A stretch of DNA of 64,000 bases from Eledone cirrhosa (taxonomy: Eukaryota), in assembly GCA_964016885.1 (NCBI GenBank), contig OZ024742.1, positions 126,356,001 through 126,420,000 on the forward strand, read 5' to 3'. Of the stretch, positions 11,585-24,372 are shown in pieces. How positions within the stretch are numbered: the first letter of the stretch is position 1; each line of letters begins with the position of its first letter. The position numbers and the translations under genes are program-made. A model generated the notes under the pieces. It saw nothing but the letters and a program-made list of their open reading frames with translations, did no database searches and was not told where the DNA came from.

Positions 11585-12329
11585 GGTCAGTGGTGCTCTG
11601 TATTGTCTGTGTTGATCAGTATTGGTCTGTAGTAGTCAGTGGTAGTGGTACTGGACAGTGATGGTCATACAAAGTCTGGTTAATGTATGAAGCATTAGAA
11701 AATTTGAGAACAATCACCAATGTAGATCATCATTATCATATCACATCCGTTTTTCTATGCTTGCATGGGTTGGACGGGTCCTTCTGAGTACAGCATCTCT
11801 CCACTTTTCCCGTTCCTTTGTCATCTCCTCTGTAAGCTTTAATGACTTGAGATCAGCTCTCACCACAACCATCCAGGTATTTCTCTACTGCACATTACAT
11901 TTCCATACAAGTGCAGGCTTCTCTCTTGCACACAATTTTTCTCTCTTTTGCTCCGTGAACATGTCACAGATATCTCAGTAGCCATTGTGAATGCCAGGCG
12001 GCTGTTTCATATTCATTAATATCTCATCAGCGACATTCACTCAACTAGTACTGAGATGAAAATAGACTAGAGCTTATATAGATTTTGCATGATGAATATT
12101 TGCTGGAAATGCTCATTTGCATATAGTGCAAACCTGGCTAATTACAATTGATTGGCAGTCACACCAAGATAAGCATAATAGAGGTGTATATGAAAGCAAA
12201 TACTGTATGTTTATATACAATAAACATGGGAGCCTCGCTATCAAAGAAAAAAAGGAAAAAGATTTTTTCTCTCTCTTTTACTCTATGAACATGTCACAGA
12301 TATTTCAGTAGCAATTGAGAATGATAGTT

Positions 12330-12510
12330 CTCTTCTTCGCCCACTTAGTCCTGAGAGGGCCACGGTGGCAGAGTCCTCAAACGCTCCTTCCAGCAGGTCC
12401 TGTCAGAAGCAAACGTCTCCAACTGATTTGGCTGGATCCATAAGCGAAACCAACCAAGTTACGCATGTTATCCAACCATCTTGCTCAGGGTCTACCTCTG
12501 GGTCTCCTGC
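12330..12510 (-). mobile_element. RTE (Expander-like) 3' remnant; related copy at about 53500-53755 (+)
   Basis: GRRPRGRP.ARWLD motif and a shared tail reading WR.LLLT.P.GRS. Confidence 0.6.
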
Positions 12511-12819
12511 CAGTAGCCTAAATAAATCAAGTAAAGAGTAACTCCGGAGAAAGGAAAAATGGGGACAGAGAAATCAGTGGAGAATTGAACTACTCGATTC
12601 CCACCTGCAGGGTGAGCATACTCAACTACTTCAATAAAATACCTTATGGTATTTGTTTTTGTCTTTACATTCCAGGTTTCAAATCTAACAGTAGCCTACT
12701 TGAACACAAGACTTAATCCATTAGCTGGTAAAACACCACCACCTGGCTTTTAGGTGCTTTTAGTGGAATCCTGGCAAGGTCTCTGGTTTGAGAGTACCTT
12801 CTCTTTTTCTTACCTCACT

Positions 12820-13090
12820 TGGAGGCATGAAGCCTAGTGGTTAGGGTGTTGGACTTATGATCATAATGTTGTGGGTTCAATTCCTGGACTGGGTTGTGTG
12901 TTGTGTTCTTGCGTAAAACACTTTGTTTCATGTTGTTCCAGTATACTCAACTGAAAATGAGTACCAGCATTAGCTGGGGGTTTAACCCTGCAATGGACTG
13001 GTGTCCTGTTCAGGGGGAAGTCTTGTACTCTCGGTCACTTAATGCCATGATAATCAGGTTAAGTCTCCTAGCTCAAGACAAACTTCAGAC
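12820..13090 (+). mobile_element. tRNA-derived SINE with central ccctgcaatggactgg..cagggg domain; copies at 17735-18005 (+) and 32095-32355 (-)
   Basis: A-box/B-box-like head (cctagtggttagg..ggttcaattcc) and a body shared across three copies. Confidence 0.75.
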
Positions 13091-13214
13091 TTAGAGGCAC
13101 TGAAGAGTCATGGGCACTTACTACCCTTCCAAATGACACAGCGATACAAAAGGTATACTAATTTTCCCAAGAACATAAGCGATTGATATATTACAAAAGA
13201 ATAAAATAACTCAC

Positions 13215-13377
13215 GTTTTGAACTGTACATAAACGTTACCACGGAGATGAGGTTCATAATTGCAGGAGACTTTGAACTGAACAACTGGTGCAACAGCTTT
13301 GAATTCAGGCAAAACATCTTCATAGAATTCCTTGAAATTTTCATAAATTTCCTTTTCTTCAAATTCAAGAGTTAAAT
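13215..13377 (-). CDS. ZRSR2: ZRSR2 exon 8, UHM/RRM (DLTLEFEEKEIYENFKEFYEDVLPEFKAVAPVVQFKVSCNYEPHLRGNVYVQFK), 163 nt
   Basis: ttgcag acceptor, AC|gtgagt donor. FYEDVLPEFK..QFKVSCN.EPHLRGNVYVQ identifies ZRSR2 rather than U2AF1. Confidence 0.96.
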
Positions 13378-13859
13378 CTGCAAAGAGATGAGGAATTTCA
13401 AAATTTATAATTTTAATCAGCTTACACATCAAAGATACCCCAGTATGGGTTGGATAAAAGAGGTGTATCAGGAGTTTAGAAGGCCAGGTTGGTGGGAATA
13501 CATCCTTATCATTGTTAAACATTTATTTCCCATGCCTGCCTGGGCTAGACGGACTGTCATACTCTAAAACTTGGCTGGGAAGGAGAACATGTCTTGTTTT
13601 GCCATGGCTTTTCCAGCCAGATATCTTTCTGAACCCTAACCAAGCATTTTGGTATAAGGTGGGGGATTTCTGGCTTTCCATGTTGGCATGTTAGCATGTG
13701 TTGTGCGTTCATATGTGTGTGGTGGGATAGAAGTGAGGGCTGCCTTTCCACACTGGAATGAGAAGACGTTATTTCCCTGTGAGCAAGCGTAGTGAAAATC
13801 TTCCACTGGTCATATTCTTCACATTTTCATTTGTTGAATTAAATAAAAATGTCTTAACA

Positions 13860-14190
13860 TTCCTTCTGAACTCTTGGATTTATTATGAAGGGTAACTCTC
13901 TACGGTTAGGAATGACCATGGGATTTTCACCTAGAAAGTTTCCCTCTGAGGCACAAGCCCGAGAGAGGTGTTTGTATGGAAGACTAGCAGTCACCCATTC
14001 ATATCAGTCTCTCCTCTCCACATCAACAATGTTGTCCAAGGGAAAGGCAATGAGTGATACATATTGGCATCAAAGTCATTGCAACTCATTTCTACAATGG
14101 TGTGAACTGGAGCAACGTGAAATATAGTGCCTTGCTCAATGATACAACACATCATTCGGTCTAGGAATTGAATTCAGAAGCTCACATGTC
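13860..14190 (-). mobile_element. SINE remnant (same head/core as the 22398 family, different 3' part)
   Basis: Reverse complement carries the tgagcaaggcac..tttcacgttgctccagttcac core. Confidence 0.6.
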
Positions 14191-14715
14191 TTCACATGGA
14201 TTAATTATATACATTTACAGTGAATTTTGTTATAACAAAATTCACAGGGTATAAAAAAAAATTGTAATGGAAGATTCTTTATAATGAGATCAATTGAAAC
14301 AAATCGAACATTTGTTTATTACCTCAGGGATTGATAAAAATGTTGTTATACTGAAAAATTCGTTATAACAGAATCTTACCAGTATATATAAACACACATA
14401 AAACCCATGGCATGCTGTTTGCTCTCCCACCATGCTGGTGGCACGACAAAAGTACCCAGTCCACCATGGTGCCCCAACAAAAAGTCCATCCTGTAACATA
14501 TTGATGCCACTAAAAATGCTCCCAGTACACGCTGAAATGTGGTTGGCATTAGGAAGGGCATCCAGCTGAAGAAAACCAAACCTAAAAATGGATTGTATGA
14601 GCAAGACGTGGTCTCCTGACCTGTTGAGTCTCATAACATGAAAGCTGGTCTGACATGGAAAATAGACGTTAAATCATGATAATGATGTTGATAGTATAAA
14701 CGCAAAATTATTTAA

Positions 14716-14916
14716 CCCTTTAGTATTTGCATTACTTATATTTACTATTGTATTTTCACAGTAAACACTTTATCTCATATAATATCGAATCTATGAGATT
14801 TTGATATTATTTATTTTGAGAACAATACCTTTAAGTATGAGCAGTTGTTATGGCTGGTTTGAACAGAAATAGGTGAGAGAATAGGCCGGATACAGCCAGT
14901 TTAAATTTTAAAGGAT
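14716..14916. mobile_element. piggyBac-type MITE (TTAA|CCCTTTAG..), family 1
   Basis: TTAA flanks and CCCTTTAG terminus. Homologous to 49849-50070 (inverted) and 53911-54065. Confidence 0.72.
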
Positions 14917-15030
14917 TTAAGTGAATAAAAATTTCTTTTTTTTTTAACATAAGTCCTTCATTAGTGAGAAAGGAAAGGTATGTAAACATAAGGGTGTATT
15001 GATAATTAGAACAAAGTAATATATATTTAC

Positions 15031-15134
15031 CAGTATCATAGTCATCTTGTGCATTATCCAATGTCATGTGTGTATACATTCCAGGAAATACTAAAGTGGT
15101 ACATATCTCTGGCTCAGGATGACTTCGAGAACAT
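15031..15134 (-). CDS. ZRSR2: ZRSR2 exon 7 (CSRSHPEPEICTTLVFPGMYTHMTLDNAQDDYDT), 104 nt
   Basis: ttgtag acceptor, G|gtaaat donor. Completes C-x8-C-x5-C-x3-H and carries the DDYD motif of ZRSR2. Confidence 0.92.
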
Positions 15135-15171
15135 CTACAATAAATAGACATATTGATGTTTATATTAACAT

Positions 15172-16971
15172 TTAATCGACCAGGTCATGAAGGTCACGGA
15201 AAAAGTAATAGCGCAACTAATCAGAGAGAGAATTGATCTAGATGAAATGCAGTTCAGGTTTGTGTCAGGCAAAAGTACCACAGACGCTCTTTTCATTGTA
15301 CGACAACTACAGGAGAAGTACCTAGCTAAAAGTAAACCCCTATACTTAGCTTTTGTCGACTTGGAGAAAGCCTTCGACAGAGTCCCCCATTCCATTATCT
15401 GGTGGGCTCTTAGAAAACTAGGTGTTGATGAATGGCTTGTGATAGCTATACAAGCCATGTATAAAGAAACAGTCAGTAAGGTTAGAATTAACAACGAATA
15501 TAGTGAAGAGTTTAGCGTAAAAGTTGGTGTCCATCAGGGCTCTGTTCTTAGCCCCCTACTATTTATTATTGCCCTTCAGGCTATAACAGAGGAGTTCAAG
15601 ACCGGCTGCCCATGGGAACTCCTATACGCAGATGACCTAACACTCATAGCTGAATCAATGGCCGAACTAGAGAAGAAATTCCAAACATGGAAGCACGGCC
15701 TAGAATCAAAAGGCCTTAAAATTAACCTGGCTAAGACTAAAGTTCTAGTTTGTAAGAAAGAAAATAAGGCGGCGGTCCCTTCCGGGAAGTGGCCATGCTC
15801 AGTGTGTAGGAAAGGCGTAGGTAGAAACTCCATTTTATGTCCCAAATGCAAAGTATGGGTGCATAAAAGATGTGGGATCACAGGTAAGCTAACTAAGAAC
15901 ATAGATTTTACATGTGGCCGGTGCTCTGGTGCAATAAGTAGCAGCAAGTGCCCACAAATACTAGCTCCTTCAACTGCGCAGAGGGTTCTATAGAAATAGT
16001 GGACAGCTTCCGTTACCTGGGTGACAAAATCAGCAGTGGGGGAGGGTGCTCTGAAAGTACAGTAGCTAGAATCAGAACTGGATGGAAAAAGTTCAGAGAG
16101 CTTATACCACTATTAGCCACTAAAGGGTTCTCCCTAAAAATGAAAGGCAGGTTGTATGATGCCTGCATACGAACAGCAATGTTGCATGGCAGTGAGACCT
16201 GGGCATTGTGTGCAGAGGATATACGCAGACTAGAGAGGAACAAAGCTTGCATGCTCCGCTGGATGTGTAATAGTAATATACGTGAACGGCAAAGCATAAA
16301 CGAACTAAGGAAAAAATTAGAAATAAGAGGGATCAGATGTTGTTTACTCGAGAGAAGGCTACGTTGGTATGGTCACGTGATGCGCATGAAAGACGATAAC
16401 TGTATAACAAAGTGCAGGGCAATAAAGATAGACGGTAGCCACGGAGTAGGCAGACCCAGAAAAACCTGGGACGAGCTGATAAATTCCGACCTCACACACT
16501 TACACCTCTCCAAGACAATGTCACTGGACCGAGACCTGTGGCGGTACTCAGTAATAGAGAAGACCCGCCTTACCTAAATACAAAGTAAAACCTACTACAG
16601 TCAGTAGGTATCTCTAACAAAATACACCCCCGTCCCACCACCCCCACCTCATCCACACCGCCCCTTTCAATGTAAAGTTATGTTGGTGCCACAACATCCA
16701 GGCCGAAACAAATGAGATCGTGTAGGCAACACGGTAAAAACCTCCCAGTCCCACGCTGTAATGTGGCCGTGTAGGCAACACGGGAAAAACCTCCCAGCTC
16801 CACACTGTAAATGTGGTTGGTGTTAGGAAGGGCATCCAGCTGTAGAAAACCCGCCAGACAGTCCTATGCGAGCAAGACAACCACTCTTGCCTCAAGTGGG
16901 AAAACTCCCGTCCAAACCCATGCAAGCGTGGAACATGGACGTTAAACGATGATGATGATGATGATGATGAT
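15172..16971 (+). mobile_element. RTE family A copy, 5'-truncated in RT, young
   Basis: ORFs 15187-15993 and 15948-16577 encode RT, PHD and C-terminus with one frameshift; (GAT)n tail. Confidence 0.97.
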
Positions 16972-16984
16972 ACATATATATATA

Positions 16985-17203
16985 CTCAGCTGTAGAAATG
17001 AGATGATAGGGACTGGGGTCCCTATCATTCCACTGCAAAGTGGTCATGGAGGTGCCACGGCAAAAAAGCACCCAGCACTCACTGTGAATGAGGTTGGTGT
17101 TAGGAAGGGCATCCAGCTGTAGAAATCAAGCCAGAATCAGTTCCCGTCCCACCCTTGCAAGCAGGGAAAAGCGGACATTAAAATGATGATAATGATGATG
17201 ATA
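16985..17203 (+). mobile_element. 5'-truncated copy of the RTE-tailed SINE
   Basis: Near-identical to 22522-22737. Confidence 0.88.
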
Positions 17204-17469
17204 TAATGGCTGACTGAATATGCACGTTTTTTTCCCAGTTATCTCTTTTCCTGCTATTTCAAGCATTAAACTAATATATTTCTTCAATGTACTGTGCTGT
17301 TTGCTTTGTTATTTCTGTTTACTTTTTACATACAAACACACAACACATATATATATATAATACGTGTGTGTGTGAGTGTCAATCATCATCATCATTTTAA
17401 CATCCACTTTGTTGAAATTTCACAGTAAGACATACAATCTAGAAACTGTGTGATGTTAATATGCATGGG

Positions 17470-18075
17470 GGGCAAAACATGGATGGGTTGAGAGAAAAAC
17501 TGGGTTTAGAAGGAATGAAATATAATGTCCAAGACTGTGCTGATATGAATATGTGATGGATATGGATGATGAATGCTGGGTTAAGAAGTGCCAGGTGTTC
17601 CCAATGAAAGGAAGCTAAAGTAGAGGAAAAGGAAAGAGAACTCAGCAGAAGTGGTGAGAGCAAATCTCAAAATGCTGAATCTGTCAAAGGAACATAGTAA
17701 GTGGAGGAAAACTGTGCTGGAAAAAGACACACTGTGAAGCCACATGACCTAATGGGTAGGATGCTTGACGTACAATCATAATATCATTGGTTCAATTCTT
17801 GAAGAGGCTGCTGTATTGTGTTCTTGAGCAAAGCACTTCATTTCATACTGCTCCAGTACACTTGGTTGAGAGTGAGTACCAGCAGTAGCTGGAGGGTTAA
17901 TCCTGCAATAGACTGGTGTCCTATTCAGGGAAAGTCTTGAACTCTCAGTCATTTAATCAGGGATAAGTACTGGCCTGATAAGCCTTCTGCATCGAACAGA
18001 CTTTAACTTAAATAAAGACCCATCCAACCCATGCAAGCATAGAAAAGCGTGTGTAAAAGGATGATGATAATGATG
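17470..18075 (+). mobile_element. Old RTE 3' remnant interrupted by a SINE (17735-18005)
   Basis: LREKLGL-like remnant; the RTE tail (aacccatgcaagc..gatgatgat) resumes after the SINE. Confidence 0.65.
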
Positions 18076-18120
18076 GTCTAAAAACTACTTGTTTGTCTTT
18101 CTATCTGTCTGTGTTTTTAA

Positions 18121-18327
18121 CTCTTAACATCCTGTGCTACATGAACACTGCATAAATAAGACATTTTTGTAAAGTATAAAACAACACTATGATTAGATCA
18201 CGCTAAAAGTCTTTAGTTTCCTGCAAATTTTCACAAAAATCAGTTCACTAATAAAGATACTATAAATACTTGAAATAACAAGCCTGTTTTTAAATAGTTC
18301 TGTAAAATCCTTACAAAATGTTAAGAG
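18121..18327. mobile_element. TTAA-flanked MITE family 2 (TIR ctcttaacatcctg)
   Basis: TIRs at both ends. Other copies at 24373-24590, about 10230-10375, about 24630-24776, and a split copy at 21912-22800. Confidence 0.78.
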
Positions 18328-18382
18328 TTTAAAAAATGACAAATGTTGCTGAAATTTAATAAAATGCTTTGTACAAATTTAC

Positions 18383-18495
18383 CTTTCTCCAAATCGACAT
18401 GCACCAGTTTTGATAAAAAATGAACAAACTTCAACATCTCTATTTTGTTGATGGTAGCTGATGGGAGCTAGTGGATTGTGAGAACACTGTCCTTG
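18383..18495 (-). CDS. ZRSR2: ZRSR2 exon 6 (QGQCSHNPLAP...CSFFIKTGACRFGER), start of CCCH finger 1, 113 nt
   Basis: ttccag acceptor, AG|gtaaat donor. U2AF35-family motif CxFxxKTGACRFGxR. Confidence 0.93.
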
Positions 18496-19034
18496 CTGGA
18501 AGATGGAATCAGTGAATTAAGAAATAGGAGTCAGAAAAGAGAAAAAGAAAAAAATTAGAAGACAAGAGTAGTTTGCTCTTCAGTGGAGGCTGTTTAAAAA
18601 AATTAGATATTTGATACGTAATTATCCCAGAAACTACCACTGTATATTGTGAATAGGTGTTGTAATGTTGAAAAATTTTGAGGAATAAATTTTATGTTGC
18701 TCAACATTAAGCCTGCTCAGTCTCGTTGTCCTACCTTTGTAGTTTTGGAGATATTTACATCTCAGATGATATCTAATTGTTTTGCAACACCTTATATTTA
18801 TAGAAAGACACAAATTGTATAAATAAAATATTATTGAAATATAAAAACAACATAAAACTACACAAACAAATTCTATCAAACACAGGTTTGCTGTATTTTG
18901 TTACGTCCATTTACTTTCTGTGTATAAATACTGTTGGAAACTATCTTTATCATTCATGCTGCTGGGGTTGATGAAATAAATACATGTCAAATACTAAAGA
19001 TGATTATATTCTTGTGGTGATGTTAGAAATCTTT

Positions 19035-19703
19035 GTCCACTCTGTAAGATGGTTATTGATGACATGAAAAAAAAGCACTCAGTTCACTTAGTAAGATGGT
19101 CAATGATGACACAAGAAAAAAGCACCCAGTTCAGTTCACCCTGTAAAGTGATCAGGCTGGTGACATGAGAATAAAGCACCCAGCCCACCCTGTAAAGTGA
19201 TCATGCTGGTGACACAAGAAAAAAGCACCCAGTCCACCATGTAAAGTCGCCATGTTGGTGACACAAGAAAAAAGCACCCAGTCCACCCTGTAAAGTGGTC
19301 ATGTTGGTGACACAAGAAAAAAAGCACCCAGTCCACCCTGTAAAGTGGTCATGTTGGTGACACAAGAAAAAAGCACCTAGTGCACCTCGTATGGTGGTTG
19401 TGCTGGTGACATGAGCAAAAAAGCACCCAGTCTGGCCTATAAGGCAGTCACGTTAGTGACATGAGAACAAAGCACTCCGACCACCCTATTAGATGATCAT
19501 TTTGGTGTCACAATAAAAGCACCCAGTCCACACTGTAATGTGGTTGGCATTATGAAGAGTTTCTAGCCATAGAAACCAAGCCAAAATACAGATCCATGTG
19601 AGCAAGACATGGTCACCTGACTTGACTTGTCTCATAACATGACAGCCCATCAAACCCATTCAAGCGTGAAAAAATAAATGTTAAACAATGATGTAGATGA
19701 TGA
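19035..19703 (+). repeat. Tandem array of about ten 50-bp units derived from the RTE/SINE 3'-UTR module, ending in an RTE-type tail
   Basis: Unit gtgacacaagaaaaaagcacccagtccaccctgtaaagtggtcatgttg; the last unit continues into gtggttggcatta..aaacaatgatgtagatgatga. Confidence 0.88.
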
Positions 19704-19989
19704 TTACTACTACTGAAGTCTGTTAGGAATAACTGATACAATTGCACACACGTCACTGCTTCACATGTGGTTTAAGATGTACTAGCAGTCAGAGGGGAAA
19801 GTCAATTAAATCCACTCCGGTTCTTGACTGATAGTTTATTTTATCAACGTCGGAAGGATGAAAGGCAAAGTTGATCTCAGTGGGATTTGAACTCAGAATG
19901 TAAAGGGACGTAACTATATGCCAAAAAGCATGTGGTCCAATGCTCTACCGATAGTCCAATCTATTGCCTTTTAATAATAATAATAATAA

Positions 19990-20530
19990 CAATGGCCAGT
20001 TTATAGATTGATATGAGCAGCCCATGTCTTCACAATATTGTGGCAAAAGAATTTGACAAGCTCAAAAATATAAAGATTTGCTCATTGGAATTGAAACAGT
20101 GTGGCATCTCAAGGTGGTTACAATATCATTGATTGTAGGAGCATTAGGAATGATCAAAAGATTAATTTAGAATGATCCCTGGCTTGCCATCACTGCAAGA
20201 AGTGCAAAAAAATTGTTTTAACTGGTATGGCACATGTATTGAGAAGAGCTCTATCACTGTGAGAAAGATAATCCTCTTTGTAATTTTTTTTACATAACTT
20301 TATTTGATTAGATTCCATACTTGAACACTCTTATATAATGGAATCTGTTGTATATATAATTTTAAACAGATAATGTGCACATGTATAAAGCAAATGATAT
20401 ATTTTTAACTGTGTAAAATGCATGATGTAAAGAATCCGGTGTGTTTATTTTTGTGGCTTATCAAAGTATACAATGAGTTTCTTTACCCTAGGTGTTGGGA
20501 AGACACTTCACAAGAAATGGAAACAAAACT
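19990..20530 (+). mobile_element. R4/Dong-clade LINE 3' end (RLE endonuclease)
   Basis: IDMSSP..K..YKDLLIGIETVWHLKVVTISLIVGALGMI..LPSLQEVQKIVLTG; begins after (TAA)n. Confidence 0.72.
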
Positions 20531-20549
20531 GAAGGAAGAGGACAAACAC

Positions 20550-20775
20550 AAATAATGGTTTCTTATAAAGGCACAAGGCCAACAATTTTGGAGGAGGGAT
20601 AAGTCGATTAAATCGACCCCAATGCATAACTGGTACTTTATTTTATGGACCCCGTAAAGATAAAAGGCAAAGTTAACCTCGATGAGATTTGAACTCAGAT
20701 CATAAAGGGCCGTGACTCTATGCTGCAAAGCATGGCGTCCGACCCTCTACCGATACTGCCAATCCACCGCCTTGA
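20550..20775 (-). mobile_element. tRNA-derived SINE with (ATT)n tail (most abundant family, more than 20 copies or fragments)
   Basis: Reverse complement reads ggcggtggattggcagtatcggtag (A box)..gagttcaaatc (B box)..gcctttcatcc..aaagtaccag..ggccttgtgcc. Confidence 0.85.
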
Positions 20776-21073
20776 CAAACACAAATAATAATAATAATCG
20801 AAGGTATTTTGTCCAACACTGTTGATTTGTCACTTACCAGAAAATGACTATGACAATAGTTGATCACTATAAATAACAGTTGAGAAAATTGGGTAAAGTA
20901 TTCCTGTCCCTATTTTCCATCTCTAGGAGTACAATTTATAGTCATTGACTATTATTATAGTCACATCGGATGACTACATTTCAAATTTTCCTAATGCTTC
21001 TTAAGTCAACTGGATTTTCACAATCATAATAATAATTTTAAAAAAAACATAAAATAAGTTGGTTAATACTCAC

Positions 21074-21118
21074 AGAATTTGATATCTGATTAGCTGTAGC
21101 TTCTTTCAGTAGTGCTTC
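21074..21118 (-). CDS. ZRSR2: ZRSR2 exon 5 (EALLKEATANQISNS), 45 nt
   Basis: ttgcag acceptor, TCT|gtgagt donor, phase 0-0. Corresponds to the short EALQKML.. segment of ZRSR2. Confidence 0.78.
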
Positions 21119-21204
21119 CTGCAATAGTGAATGGTGTGTCAGAAATATGAATTATCTAGGATAGTGATAGGAGAGTAGTAATAGTTGAACAATAATGGTA
21201 TCAC

Positions 21205-21265
<61 letters not shown>

Positions 21266-22397
21266 TGCTGAACATTCATCTGAAGATATAACTAACAGCC
21301 ATAGCTTACAGTTCTGCAGGTTTTGTTAGCTCATGAAGCCATAGGATGCAAATGGAATATCGTGTGTACGAGGCACAACGTATATATATCAACTGTATAT
21401 GGAAACAGCAGTCCTGTAAATACTTGAAACATAAGTTAAGGCAACAATCCAATTTTTGCTTTCATAACATTTGAAATCAATAGAATGAAATTTAGAAATG
21501 TAAGGAGTTAATTTAACCTTTTCATTACATTATTTCTAATGAAAGACATTGCCTATCTATCATTTTCAGATAATTGTGAGAATCAAGAATATGGATGGAT
21601 TTACTAATACAATTAACTTTCTTTTTATTAAGCTGGTGTTTAGAACTTAACAAAGGTTCTTACATAAAATTATGATGGAAAGTTTTTAATTTAAAGATAG
21701 ACGGTTTAAAAATGGTTCTATTTCATAAAACCAGAAGCAGTTTCAGGCAGTTAAGTATCAAAAGAGTTAAACAGGAATCTTCTAGATTTTTCTCTGATAT
21801 CATTTATTTTTGAATCAGAAAAAGAGTGGTTCCTGACCATAGATATTTCTGGTGGCCTGCTAGACAGAAAAAAATCAGAAGCAACTAACTGGGTGAGGTA
21901 AATACTGTTCATTCTTAACATCCTGCATTGCATAAAACCACATTGGCAAGACATTCTTGAAAAAATACCACAACACTATGATTGCATCAAATTAAAAATT
22001 AGAGTCTTTAATCTAATACTCCAGCAGTATTTGTTCCAGCTCTCTGTGATCAGAGTTCAAAACCCACCGTGGTTAAATTTGCCTTTCATTCTGTCAAAGT
22101 TGATAAAAGAAGTACCAGTCTAGTCCTGAGGTTGATTCTTCCTCTATATTGCTTTCTCACTTCCTCTCCCACTTTCTCTGGAAGAAATCAGCTGTGTTCA
22201 GACCTGGGGAGGGGATGGGCTCTGTCAGGTTTTAAAAAGTGCCTAAGACACACTGTATGTAACCACATCACCTCTACAATTACATCAAGAGTTATGGGTC
22301 CGTACATACATATATACTTTAATATTGCAAATTTTCATAATGATCTATCATGATGATGATGATCTGTCTACTAGTAAAGATACTACAAACATTTCAT

Positions 22398-22737
22398 GGA
22401 GGCACATGGCTTAGTGGTTAGAGCATTGGCCTTGCAATCGAAAGGTTGTGAGTTCAATTCTCAGACCGAGTGATGTGTTGTTTCCTTGAGCAACACACTT
22501 TATTTCACATTGCTCCAGTTTACTCAGCTGTAGAAATGAGATGATAGGGACTGGAGTCCATATCATTCCACTGCAAAGTGGTCGTAGAGGTGCCACAGCA
22601 AAAAAGTACCCAGCACTCACTGTAAATGAGGTTGGTGTTAGGAAGGGCATCCAGCTGTAGAAATCAAGCCAGAATCAGTTCCCGTCCCACCCTTGCAAGC
22701 AGGGAAAAGCGGACGTAAAATGATGATGATGATGATA
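22398..22737 (+). mobile_element. Full-length tRNA-head SINE with RTE-derived 3' tail and atttca TSD
   Basis: A box tggcttagtgg, B box gagttcaattc, tail cccttgcaagcagggaaaagcggacgtaaaa(tga)n. TSD at 22391-22396 and 22738-22743. Confidence 0.9.
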
Positions 22738-24073
22738 ATTTCAATTATTGGAACCTATTTTTAGACCTTTCTACTAAATCATTATAGGATGTTAAAAGTT
22801 ACATCAAAGTCAGTGGAAATATAACAGTGATAGTATCACTCAGGAATATAGTTCTGGTGATGAAGAGCCAAATGCATGCATAAGTTTAAATTTGATAAGG
22901 GGGGTGAGAAGGATGTGGAGAGCATGAGACATACATGTCTTGGGCATTTTAAACCTGGCGAAGCCCATCCCCTCTCCAGGTCTGAAAAAAAGCCAACTTT
23001 GTCCAGAGAACAAGAGAGAGTGAAAGAAAGAAAGTGAGAAGAAGATATAGAAGAAAAATTGAATTCAATACTGGACTGGTACTTTATTGACCTCAAGAAA
23101 ATGACAAAGTTGACATCAGCAGGATTTTAATTCAGAGAGCAGTAAGCTGGGACAAATACTGTGGCATTTTTAATCTAATGTTTTAATGACTCTGCCAATT
23201 TGCTGTTTTATTATAACAGCACTGATAGTAAAACTATCGAACAAATTAAAGTTGCTGGGTTTAATCTTGAGTAAGAGTCATTTACTATAACTTTGGGTCA
23301 AATAAAAGTCTTGTGAATGATTTTAGGTAGACAAACTGTGTAAAGTTTGTTGGAAGCACTCAGTCCACCCTAAATGGTGGTAGTGCTGGAGTCATAATAA
23401 CATTTTCACAGTACTTGCTGTAAGGTGGTTGGTGTTAGGAAGGGTATCCAGATGGAAACCAAACCCCAAAAAGTGTATGAGCAGGACCTTAGTCACTTGA
23501 CCAGTCTGACCTCCAGACACAAGAGCCGTCTAACCCATGCAAGCATGGAAAATAAACGTTAAATAATGATGATAACGATGAACCAACAAGACAGCTTCAA
23601 TGTGGTAGCTAGACTTGCTAGAAATAGCAGCAAAATCTACTTAAAATCCAACCCTATTATCTTAAATATAGAAACCAGACCACAGTGAGACTTGAATGCA
23701 AAGAGCTGGAACAAACATTGCAAATCATCTCATCTGACTTTATCAATTCCACAAAACTATTGCCTTGCCCTGCACTGGTACATTATTTTGTAGACTCCAG
23801 AAGAATAAACGGTAAAGCTGACCTCAGTGTGATTTGAAACTACAGCGCAGGGAGATAGAACAAATATCTCAAGGCATTTTGACCTAAGCTTTGATGACTG
23901 TCAATTCACCACCTATATTGTATTTTAATCCAACATTATTGAGAACTATTGTCCATATAAATGTTTGACAAATTTCTCACAATATACATACACAGTGTCA
24001 CTGCTCTTTAACAAAATTGAATATATATATATATAATTCTACAAATAAAAGCATCAAAACCAAAATATTATAC

Positions 24074-24117
<44 letters not shown>

Positions 24118-24372
24118 GTACATATATATACATATATAAATATATATATATATACATACATACATATATATATTACATATATTATGTAAAACTTAACAAG
24201 GTATATGAAATAAAAAGATACAGTTCATCAATAAAGCGTTGCAGCTCGATATCCAGCTTGTGAGATAGTTAAGGATTTGATTTTAAACAAGAAAATAGTG
24301 GTAAATACAAAACATTATTCAAAATGAGCTGTTGTTTCCAACAGTCCACACTCATTATATATAGATTTTTAA

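Noticed and set aside
13215-13377. Assignment to U2AF1 (U2AF35)
   Set aside because: The long charged N-terminus and the FYEDVLPEFK / QFKVSCN.EPHLRGN motifs match ZRSR2, not U2AF1.
19035-19540. CRISPR-like array
   Set aside because: Units are contiguous with no unique spacers, derive from the RTE 3' UTR, and sit in a eukaryotic intron with no cas genes.
22398-22470. tRNA gene
   Set aside because: A/B boxes are present but continue into a SINE body and LINE tail; it is a SINE head.
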